From IMG/VR virus record IMGVR_UViG_3300022602_000038, positions 32,001 to 96,000 of that record: a DNA stretch of 64,000 nt; one strand, given 5' to 3'. Shown here piece by piece: positions 56,392 to 64,000 of this stretch (positions are counted from its first letter, which is position 1; each line of letters opens with the position of its first letter). The position numbers were made by a program, and so were the translations under genes. The DNA is from a virus. The notes beneath the pieces were generated by a model, which was given only the letters and a program-made list of their open reading frames with translations, was not told the origin of the DNA and ran no database searches.

Positions 56392-57660
56392 ATGGAAGAA
56401 ACTATATTTGTACAAATAGCAGCTTATAGGGATTCAGAATTAATACCTACAGTAAAAAATTGCTTAGCTCAAGCTGAGCACCCTGAACGTTTACATATAT
56501 CGATCGGGTGGCAACATAGTCCAGATGAAAATGTAGATGAAATTGCTAATCTTGAAAACGTAACTATTGTATCATACCCGCACACAGTTGCAAAAGGACC
56601 GTGCTGGATAAGAAGAGCAATACAAGAGGAATATAAGGACGAAACGTACACCCTACAATTAGATTCTCATCACCGTTTTATAAAAAATTGGGATACGGAA
56701 ATTATTGCAATGTATAAAGGTTTAATTGCAGATGGTGTTAAAAAACCTATTATATCTTCTTATTTGCCAAGTTATGAACCTAAAAATGACCCAGCAAACC
56801 GAACAATAGATATTTGGCAAGTTAATTATGATAGGTTTATACCTGAGGGTCCTATATTTCAACGTCCTTCAACTATTAAAAATTGGGAGACATTAACCAA
56901 ACCAGTACCAGCGCGTACTATTTCTGCTCACTTTTTATTTACACGCGGACAGTGGATTAAAGAAGTGCCATATGATAGTCAATTATATTTTCATGGAGAA
57001 GAAATTACATTAGCTGTAAGATCTTACACACACGGTTACGACTTGTTTCATCCTCATAAAATTATTGCATGGCATCAATATACTAGAGAAGGTCAAAGAA
57101 AGCATTGGGATGATAGTTCAATGTGGAACAATCTCAACATGTATAGTTATGCAAGAGTTAAAATGTTATTAGGTATTGACGGGGTAGATAATAAATTAGC
57201 AAAATTCGAAGAAACAAATACTGGTCTTGGTACGGAAAGAACACTCTCTCAATTTGAAAGATATGCTGGTGTAGAATTTAAAACCCGTAAATTACATAAA
57301 GATACAGTTGCTGAAATTTTACCTCCTATAAATTTTCAAGACGAAGAAACGTTTCAAAAAAACTTATGCTCTGTCTTTAAACATTGTTTAGATGTGTTTA
57401 AACCTGAAGTGCCTTTAAGAGATTATACTTTTTGGGCTATATCATTTCAAGACAGACTCGGTAATGATTTATACCGACAAGATGCTGATTTAGCTGAAAT
57501 TGAACGCGCTATGTTTGAAAATCCAAACGACAAGTTTGCACATATATGGAGAGAGTTCAGTACAAATGAAAGACCTTATAAATGGGTAGTATGGCCATAT
57601 AGTAAATCTAAAGATTGGTTAACTGACAGGATAGAAACAGTTATTAACTATGGTAATTAA
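56392..57660 (+). CDS. GT60/Gnt1-like protein O-GlcNAc transferase
   Basis: TIFVQIAAYRD.EL..T, LQLDSHHRF...WD, FHGEEI....R.YTHGYD.F.P. Confidence 0.82.
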   Translation: MEETIFVQIAAYRDSELIPTVKNCLAQAEHPERLHISIGWQHSPDENVDEIANLENVTIVSYPHTVAKGPCWIRRAIQEEYKDETYTLQLDSHHRFIKNWDTEIIAMYKGLIADGVKKPIISSYLPSYEPKNDPANRTIDIWQVNYDRFIPEGPIFQRPSTIKNWETLTKPVPARTISAHFLFTRGQWIKEVPYDSQLYFHGEEITLAVRSYTHGYDLFHPHKIIAWHQYTREGQRKHWDDSSMWNNLNMYSYARVKMLLGIDGVDNKLAKFEETNTGLGTERTLSQFERYAGVEFKTRKLHKDTVAEILPPINFQDEETFQKNLCSVFKHCLDVFKPEVPLRDYTFWAISFQDRLGNDLYRQDADLAEIERAMFENPNDKFAHIWREFSTNERPYKWVVWPYSKSKDWLTDRIETVINYGN

Positions 57661-57678
57661 TTTTAAAATCTATACATT

Positions 57679-58941
57679 ATGAACAATACAACTACAACTG
57701 ATAACACTATCTTTATACAGATAGCATCTTACAGAGATTCAGAATTAGTACCTACTATAAAGAATTGTATACAGAACTCAAACGCACCAGAAAACTTAAG
57801 GTTTTGTATAGCATGGCAACACGGTCCTGAAGAAAATATCGATGAATTAAAACAATATTCTAATATTAATATTATAGATTTAGATTACATTCACACCAAA
57901 GGTGTATGCTGGGCTCGTAACAAAATACAACAATTATATGCAGGTTACCCTACAAAATACACGCTACAATTAGATTCCCATCATCGCTTTGTAAAAGGTT
58001 GGGATACTCTTTTGATAGGTATGGTTGAACAATTACAGGCAAAAGGATATAAAAAACCTTTACTTACTGCCTATTTACCTAGCTATAACCCTTCAAATGA
58101 TCCTGCTGAAAGAGCAATGTACCCCACTAGAATGGATTTTGATAGGTTTATACCTGAAGGAGCTGTTTTTTTCAGGCCCGCTGTAATTGAAAATTGGGAA
58201 AATTTAACTGAACCTGTACCTGCACGTTGGTATTCTGCGCATTTTTGCTTTACATTGGGGGAATTTTGTACAGAAGTTCAACATGACCCAGAGTATTTGT
58301 TCCATGGAGAAGAAATTAGTATAGCAGCAAGAGCGTATACCCACGGTTACGACTTGTTTCACCCTCATAAAATTATTGCATGGCATGAGTATAGCCGTAG
58401 CTATAGACCTAAACAATGGGATGATAGTCCGACATGGTTTATAGAAAATAGAATTTCTCACTTACGTAACCGTAAGTTTTTTAGTATGGACGGAGAAGTA
58501 AGAGATATAAGCTTTGGTAATTATGATTTCGGTACTGTAAGAACATTACACGACTATGAACAATACGCAGGTATTGATTTTAAAAAGCGTGGGGTACAAG
58601 AATATACAATTAAAAATAAACCAGCCCCTAACCCTAAGGTAGAGGATTGGGATAAATCTATCATTTCTCTTTTTAGACATTGTATTGATATACCTTTTGA
58701 AGCTTTACCAGAACAAGACTATGATTTTTGGTGTATAGCCTTTTCAGATAAAAACGGTCAAGAGATTTATAGAGAAGATGCAGATATAGATGAAATTGAA
58801 AGTATGCGTAAAGATCCTGACATGTATTATAAAATATGGAGACAGTTCATTACCCCTAATCTTCCTGTAAAATGGATAGTCTGGCCTCACACAAAAAGTA
58901 AAGGGTGGGGAGATCCTATTATACAGAATTTAATTCCTTAA
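57679..58941 (+). CDS. GT60/Gnt1-like protein O-GlcNAc transferase (paralog)
   Basis: same motifs; full-length similarity to 56392. Confidence 0.82.
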   Translation: MNNTTTTDNTIFIQIASYRDSELVPTIKNCIQNSNAPENLRFCIAWQHGPEENIDELKQYSNINIIDLDYIHTKGVCWARNKIQQLYAGYPTKYTLQLDSHHRFVKGWDTLLIGMVEQLQAKGYKKPLLTAYLPSYNPSNDPAERAMYPTRMDFDRFIPEGAVFFRPAVIENWENLTEPVPARWYSAHFCFTLGEFCTEVQHDPEYLFHGEEISIAARAYTHGYDLFHPHKIIAWHEYSRSYRPKQWDDSPTWFIENRISHLRNRKFFSMDGEVRDISFGNYDFGTVRTLHDYEQYAGIDFKKRGVQEYTIKNKPAPNPKVEDWDKSIISLFRHCIDIPFEALPEQDYDFWCIAFSDKNGQEIYREDADIDEIESMRKDPDMYYKIWRQFITPNLPVKWIVWPHTKSKGWGDPIIQNLIP

Positions 58942-58944
58942 TAA

Positions 58945-59841
58945 ATGTCAAAAACATTATTTGTTACTAGCTATTACGGTAAACTATGGAGTACGAAATT
59001 CGGTGGTAGATCTGGTAGAGAAGAAAACTACTTAAGATCTTTTGTTTCTCTAGTAAGAATGCCTGCTGATTTTGTAATTTATACTTCTGAAGAAGAAAAA
59101 CCTATAATTGAAAAATTTATAAGTGAGCATATTGTAACTACTAATAGAATTACAATTATTGTTTATAATTTAGAAAATTTCATACATCACGTAAAGATAA
59201 ACAGTATACTTGGCGGGTTTAATAATCTTCAACCGGATAGATGCTTTGAGATACAGTACGGTAAATTGTATTGGTTGGAAAATCATTTAAATGAAGATTA
59301 CGAAACAATTTACTGGGTTGACATAGGACTCTCTCATATAGGTTTATGGCCACAAAAATATACATTCGGACATGACTGGTATACTAAGCAGTTTTATTTC
59401 AATATATTTAACGGAAACTTACTAAACAACCTTAACGATAGTGTAATAAAACAAGATAAAATCTTTACTATTGCTTTAGATCAGACTATAAATAAGGGAT
59501 ACGGCAACGCTGCTGCAAAATACTACACTCATAATAATTCTCATAATATAGGTAAAATACATGTTGTAGGTGGACTATTTGGCGGTACTAAAAGTAGAGT
59601 TAAAGATTTAATTACTAAATTTAAAGAGAAAACTATACAAGTATTATCTGATGATGCTTTATATACAGAAGAACAAATACTATCTATACTTGTTACTAAC
59701 GAGCCTGAACGTTATATAATAGAATTATTTGAAAACTGGTATCATGAAGACAGTAAAGGTTTTGAACACACTCTAACAAAATATAAAAAATCTTTTTATC
59801 AAATTTTTGAAAAATATAATAATGTTTCAAATGCAAAATAA
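58945..59841 (+). CDS. HtrL/YibB (WlaTC)-like glycosyltransferase
   Basis: FVT..Y, K..W, YWVDIG, GGLFGG, TEEQIL. Confidence 0.7.
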   Translation: MSKTLFVTSYYGKLWSTKFGGRSGREENYLRSFVSLVRMPADFVIYTSEEEKPIIEKFISEHIVTTNRITIIVYNLENFIHHVKINSILGGFNNLQPDRCFEIQYGKLYWLENHLNEDYETIYWVDIGLSHIGLWPQKYTFGHDWYTKQFYFNIFNGNLLNNLNDSVIKQDKIFTIALDQTINKGYGNAAAKYYTHNNSHNIGKIHVVGGLFGGTKSRVKDLITKFKEKTIQVLSDDALYTEEQILSILVTNEPERYIIELFENWYHEDSKGFEHTLTKYKKSFYQIFEKYNNVSNAK

Positions 59842-61435
59842 AGAATTTATTGTTTCTATTTATGGCTCTCATAACGCTGCTATAGCTTTTTATTATAAGG
59901 GTAAGATCGACGTTTATGAAGTAGAAAGATATGTAGGGTATAAAAACTCCGGTCTTTCTCAGTACAAGTTTATTTGGCCTACGGATATTTTTATAGATTT
60001 AATTATTAAAGACTATAAACTAAGAAATAATATCAATCAAATACCAGATGTATTATTGTGGAGTAGAACAGACTGTAACCATAATAACACTAAATACATG
60101 TTTCATGAAAATATTGAAACAAAAGAGTGTATACCCGGAGCATTACATCATATGGCGCATGCGAGCGGAACCTTTTACCAATCTACATTTAATAAAGCTT
60201 TAGTTATTTCTTTTGATGGTGGTGGGGAAGATGGGTTTTTTAATATCTACTTTGCAGATAGAGAAACAGGTTGCAGTCTTATAAGCAAAATAGATATAGA
60301 TTTAGGTTTTGCATATATGATTTTAGCACATTACTTAAAAGATATAAACCGAGAAAATTCATTAAGCGATGGCAATTTAATTTACTCAGGAAAATTAATG
60401 GGCTTGACCGGATACGGCAAGTTAAATCCTGATTGGCTACCAGCGTTTAAACAATTTTATTACAGCAAACCTGACGGTAATAATTATACGGAAAAAATTA
60501 AAATCCTAAAGGATGCAATCGGTGTTGATTTTAATGATATATATAGACTGAGTGGTTATACAGCATACAACATAGCAGCTACACATCAACAAGCATTTGA
60601 AGATGTGTTTTTTGAAAAGGTAGATTCAATTATAAATGATTATCCAGATTTACCTATTTGTGTAACAGGTGGTTGTGCACTTAATGTATTGTTAAATACA
60701 AATATAAAGAAAAAATATAACAGGCAAATGTTTGTAGCTTCTAACTCAAATGATTGTGGACAAGCTGCAGGTATGTTATTAGAGTATTTAAAACCACCCA
60801 CCCAAATAGATTTATCTAGAACAGGTACCCCTATATTAGATTATGGTTCTATAGGAGAATACATGTATGAATGTAGTAATAAATGTAAAATTAGCAAAGT
60901 TACAAACAAGGAAGTAATTGAATTACTACAAAAAGGTAAAATAATTGGAGTACTAAGAGGTTTAAGTGAACATGGACCAAGAGCATTAGGTCACAGAAGT
61001 ATTATTTGCGATCCAGGTAAAGAAAACATGAAAGATGTACTGAATCAGAAAGTAAAAAATAGAGAATGGTATAGACCGTTTGCGCCTATTGCATTAGTAG
61101 AAACAGCAAACAATTATTTTGATATAACTGAATATTCACCATATATGTCTTTTGCTTTTGATGTAAGAGAAGAATGGAAAAGCAAATTAAAATCTGTTAC
61201 TCATATAGACGGAACAGCTCGAGTACAAACACTTAAGAGAGAAGATGATGCATGGCTGTATGATTTAATTAAAGATTTTGGTGCAAAATCCGGGTATGAA
61301 GTAATACTAAATACAAGCTTTAATGTAAACGGTAAACCTATATTAACAACTGTTAAAGACGCTTTTAAAGTATTTAATACTACTAAACTTGATTGTCTTA
61401 TTATTGAAGATAATTTAATTGTAAAGAACCAATGA
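59822..61435 (+). CDS. O-carbamoyltransferase (NodU/CmcH/TobZ family)
   Basis: HH.AHA, DGGGE, GKLMGL, GGCALN, E.GPRALG.RSI, RE.YRPFAP, DGTARVQT, LNTSFN; start 59822 or 59831. Confidence 0.92.
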   Translation: MFQMQNKEFIVSIYGSHNAAIAFYYKGKIDVYEVERYVGYKNSGLSQYKFIWPTDIFIDLIIKDYKLRNNINQIPDVLLWSRTDCNHNNTKYMFHENIETKECIPGALHHMAHASGTFYQSTFNKALVISFDGGGEDGFFNIYFADRETGCSLISKIDIDLGFAYMILAHYLKDINRENSLSDGNLIYSGKLMGLTGYGKLNPDWLPAFKQFYYSKPDGNNYTEKIKILKDAIGVDFNDIYRLSGYTAYNIAATHQQAFEDVFFEKVDSIINDYPDLPICVTGGCALNVLLNTNIKKKYNRQMFVASNSNDCGQAAGMLLEYLKPPTQIDLSRTGTPILDYGSIGEYMYECSNKCKISKVTNKEVIELLQKGKIIGVLRGLSEHGPRALGHRSIICDPGKENMKDVLNQKVKNREWYRPFAPIALVETANNYFDITEYSPYMSFAFDVREEWKSKLKSVTHIDGTARVQTLKREDDAWLYDLIKDFGAKSGYEVILNTSFNVNGKPILTTVKDAFKVFNTTKLDCLIIEDNLIVKNQ

Positions 61436-63213
61436 ACAAAAGTCAAAGAATGTACACTAATGATCCAATAACGGTAAACACGCCTACCGTTGCGGGTACA
61501 AAAACTGTAAAAGTAGATGTTACTAATACTACCAGTGAAAATTTAACTGTAGTTACTGGTATTTGGGATCTTAAGAGAGACCAAGCTGGAGACGGATTTA
61601 AAAGACCATTTGAACATTATATAACTAATTTTATATCTCTTTTAAAGACAAATGTAAAAATGTATATTTACATTGAAAAGAAATACGAAAGTCTTGTATG
61701 GAAATATAGAACCCCGCATAATACTTCAGTTCGTATTAAAGAAGTAGAAGAATTTAAAACAAACTTTAGTTTTTATGAAGATGTACAAAAAATACGTCTA
61801 AGTGAAAAATGGAGAAAACAAGCAGATTGGTTAGGTCAAAGCACACAAGCTACATTAGAGTATTATAACCCTATGGTTATGTCAAAAATGTTTATGTTGC
61901 ATGACGCTGTTTGTGCAAATCCGTTTAATACTGATTACTATATATGGTTAGATGGGGGTATTACTAACACGGTACATGAAGGTTATTTTACACATGATAA
62001 AATACTAGATAAATTAGAACCTTGCTTAAGAAGTTTTTTATTCGTTTCTTTTCCTTACACTGGCAATACTGAGATACACGGGTTTGAAAGAACTGGTATG
62101 AACACTTTTGCTAAAGCAAAATCCGTTGATTATGTATGTAGAGGTGGCTTGTTTGGTGGCCATAAAGATATAATTCGAAAGGCTAATAATACATATTATC
62201 ATTTGCTTAATGCAACTTTGAAGCAAGGATACATGGGCACAGAAGAAAGTATTTTTACTATCATGGCTTATTTACAGCCAGATATATACAATCGTTTTGT
62301 AATACAAGATAACGGGTTGATAAATTATTTTGCAGAAGCACTTAAAAACAATGATGTACAATTGGTAGTATCTGCTAAACCTAAAGTTAAACCCGTATTT
62401 TTAGATAAAATAAAAACCGCATTATACGTTATTACATTTAACTCTCCAAAACAGTTTGAAACGTTAGTTGAGAGTTATCTTAAACAACCTAATTTTATTA
62501 GAGGTACTGTAAATTATCTACTAGATAACAGTACTGATGCTAGCACTACCCCTGCTTATGCAGCTCTATGTGAAAAGTACGGCTTTGAGCATATAAAGAA
62601 AGATAACTTAGGTATATGTGGAGGTAGACAGTTCATAGCAGAGCATTTTGATAAAACAGAATGGGATTATTACATTTTTCTTGAAGATGATATGCTTTTA
62701 AAGAACTCCGATGCAAAGCCTTGTGATAACGGTTTTGTAAGTTATGTACCAGATTTATATGTAAAAGCTATTAAAATAATTGCTGGTTATGATTATGATT
62801 TTTTAAAATTTAGTTATACTGAATTTTACGGAAACAATGGCACCCAATGGGCATGGTATAATGTACCTCAAGAAGTAAGAGAAAAAAACTGGCCAGATCA
62901 ATGTACATTACCACCTGAAGGTACAGATCCAAATTCGCCTCGTACACTATTTAAGAATATAAACAGTATGGAAGGGTTAGCTTGGGCAGATGGAGAAATC
63001 TATTACTGTAATTGGCCTCAGATTGTATCTAAAAAAGGTAATAAAAAAATGTTTTTAGAAACTAACTGGACGTATTACTATGAACAGACATGGATGTCTC
63101 ATATGTACCAACTTACATTAAAAAATGAATTAAAAGGTGCAGTATTATTAGCTTCCCTTATTAATCATGATAGGTTTGAACATTATGACGGCTCTTTAAG
63201 AAAAGAAACGTAA
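61432..63213 (+). CDS. bifunctional glycosyltransferase: HtrL/YibB-like plus GT-A domain
   Basis: TVVTGIWD, YIWLDGG, GGLFGG, GTEESI; second domain LLDNS...NLG..GGRQ...YIFLEDD. Confidence 0.75.
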   Translation: MNKSQRMYTNDPITVNTPTVAGTKTVKVDVTNTTSENLTVVTGIWDLKRDQAGDGFKRPFEHYITNFISLLKTNVKMYIYIEKKYESLVWKYRTPHNTSVRIKEVEEFKTNFSFYEDVQKIRLSEKWRKQADWLGQSTQATLEYYNPMVMSKMFMLHDAVCANPFNTDYYIWLDGGITNTVHEGYFTHDKILDKLEPCLRSFLFVSFPYTGNTEIHGFERTGMNTFAKAKSVDYVCRGGLFGGHKDIIRKANNTYYHLLNATLKQGYMGTEESIFTIMAYLQPDIYNRFVIQDNGLINYFAEALKNNDVQLVVSAKPKVKPVFLDKIKTALYVITFNSPKQFETLVESYLKQPNFIRGTVNYLLDNSTDASTTPAYAALCEKYGFEHIKKDNLGICGGRQFIAEHFDKTEWDYYIFLEDDMLLKNSDAKPCDNGFVSYVPDLYVKAIKIIAGYDYDFLKFSYTEFYGNNGTQWAWYNVPQEVREKNWPDQCTLPPEGTDPNSPRTLFKNINSMEGLAWADGEIYYCNWPQIVSKKGNKKMFLETNWTYYYEQTWMSHMYQLTLKNELKGAVLLASLINHDRFEHYDGSLRKET

Positions 63214-63214
63214 T

Positions 63215-63244
63215 AAAAAAAGCCTCGCATTAGCGAGGCTTTTT
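63215..63244. terminator. bidirectional intrinsic terminator
   Basis: AAAAAGCCTCGC/GCGAGGCTTTTT between convergent genes. Confidence 0.85.
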
Positions 63245-63367
63245 AGTTTTATTATCTATTTTTACAACAGGTTGTGGTTTGTTCTTTTTGAAAATCTCAT
63301 CCCACCTATCACAGTACTCTGAGTACGGTACCGCTAGTGGTCTTGGTTTACTACCTTTACCAGACAT
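63230..63367 (-). CDS. small conserved phage peptide (GKGSKPRP...WD.IF type, 45 aa), absent from ORF track
   Basis: MSGKGSKPRPLAVPYSEYCDRWDEIFKKNKPQPVVKIDNKTKKPR*. Confidence 0.7.
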   Translation of the reverse strand: MSGKGSKPRPLAVPYSEYCDRWDEIFKKNKPQPVVKIDNKTKKPR

Positions 63368-63370
63368 AAT

Positions 63371-63850
63371 TTAACTCCTTGGTAAATTGTTATTTGTTGT
63401 TACAACGTAAACAGGCTCTTTAGTTTTAATACTAACATTATACGGTTTAAAGAACTTATTGCCTACATTTGCAATTGCTTGCCCGATAGAAGATACAGGA
63501 TATTTTTGTCCTTTCTTAGAAGCATTAAAGTTGTATGCACCTTTCTTAATAGACTCTAATACTTCAGTAACATCATCATCTTCTGGTATTTGTACAACCC
63601 ACCCTACTAAGTCTTTAGTAATAATTCCCTCTTTATCAGATACAAGAATTACGTATTGTTTCTTTACTTTAGGAGCACCATCATCTTCTGTTTCTGGTGT
63701 TTCTTTAGTTGTTTCTGGGGATGTTTCATCTATTGTTAATGTAGCTTCATCTAAAGCTGCTAACACTTTTTTAACAATAGCTTCGTCTCGAACAATTTGT
63801 TCAAGAGCCTGTTTAACGGTATCAAGTTGGACGTACTCTTCTTTGCTCAT
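63371..63850 (-). CDS. hypothetical protein (159 aa)
   Basis: ORF with TTGATT...TATTAT promoter upstream on the minus strand. Confidence 0.75.
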   Translation of the reverse strand: MSKEEYVQLDTVKQALEQIVRDEAIVKKVLAALDEATLTIDETSPETTKETPETEDDGAPKVKKQYVILVSDKEGIITKDLVGWVVQIPEDDDVTEVLESIKKGAYNFNASKKGQKYPVSSIGQAIANVGNKFFKPYNVSIKTKEPVYVVTTNNNLPRS

Positions 63851-64000
63851 ATTGTTAATATAATATCACATTATTTTAAATAATCAAGTATAAGTTGGAT
63901 TTGTTAAAATGTATTAAAGACCCTAAGATAACCTAAAGTAATATTAAATACCCTTAAAAATCCCAATATAATCTTAGTTTGTTGTAGTAATACTATAGTA

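Noticed and set aside
805-63863. Other antisense or overlapping track ORFs (e.g. 805-1128, 3236-3499, 9653-10063, 15299-15508, 18126-18416, 39179-39580, 47966-48289, 63459-63863)
   Set aside because: They overlap better-supported genes on the opposite strand and have no motifs or promoters.
1-64000. Stop-codon reassignment (alternative genetic code)
   Set aside because: Terminase, sheath, TMP and spike are full length in code 11 and coding density is high; TAG and TGA end genes at sensible places.

Overview
This window is a 64-kb slice of a large, AT-rich T4-like myophage genome read in the standard code. I recognised no tRNA, rRNA, CRISPR array or mobile element. (1) 1-15.6 kb is an accessory region of small genes. 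It holds a set of unrelated cargo proteins that share an N-terminal LxEAYxxVxE leader, some also with a C-terminal GxDIDI tail, plus a candidate ADP-ribosyltransferase, an HExxH peptidase, 2OG-Fe(II) oxygenases, a GT-B glycosyltransferase and three unannotated basic RSD(K/A)G peptides. Its 4.5-10 kb part is rich in repeats and promoters, and contains a 466-bp tract with no cytosine on the + strand and several candidate small RNAs. (2) 15.6-19.6 kb encodes the terminase large subunit, an acidic protein and a gp14-like neck protein. (3) 19.6-37 kb is a fibre cluster of proline-free (Gly-X-Ser)n collagen-like proteins, small adaptors and a duplicated glycine-rich adhesin. (4) 37-56.3 kb has a nucleotidyltransferase and a T4-like contractile tail/baseplate module. 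(5) 56.4-63.2 kb is a glycosylation operon: two GT60/Gnt1-like, two HtrL/YibB-like and one carbamoyltransferase gene. Most genes lack Shine-Dalgarno sites and start 5-10 nt after a TAA(G/A)TA late-promoter motif. Best candidates for new biology: the tagged-cargo system, a virion fibre O-glycosylation pathway, the C-free tract, and SD-bearing small RNAs in an SD-less phage. All family assignments are from motif recognition by eye; no database searches were run.
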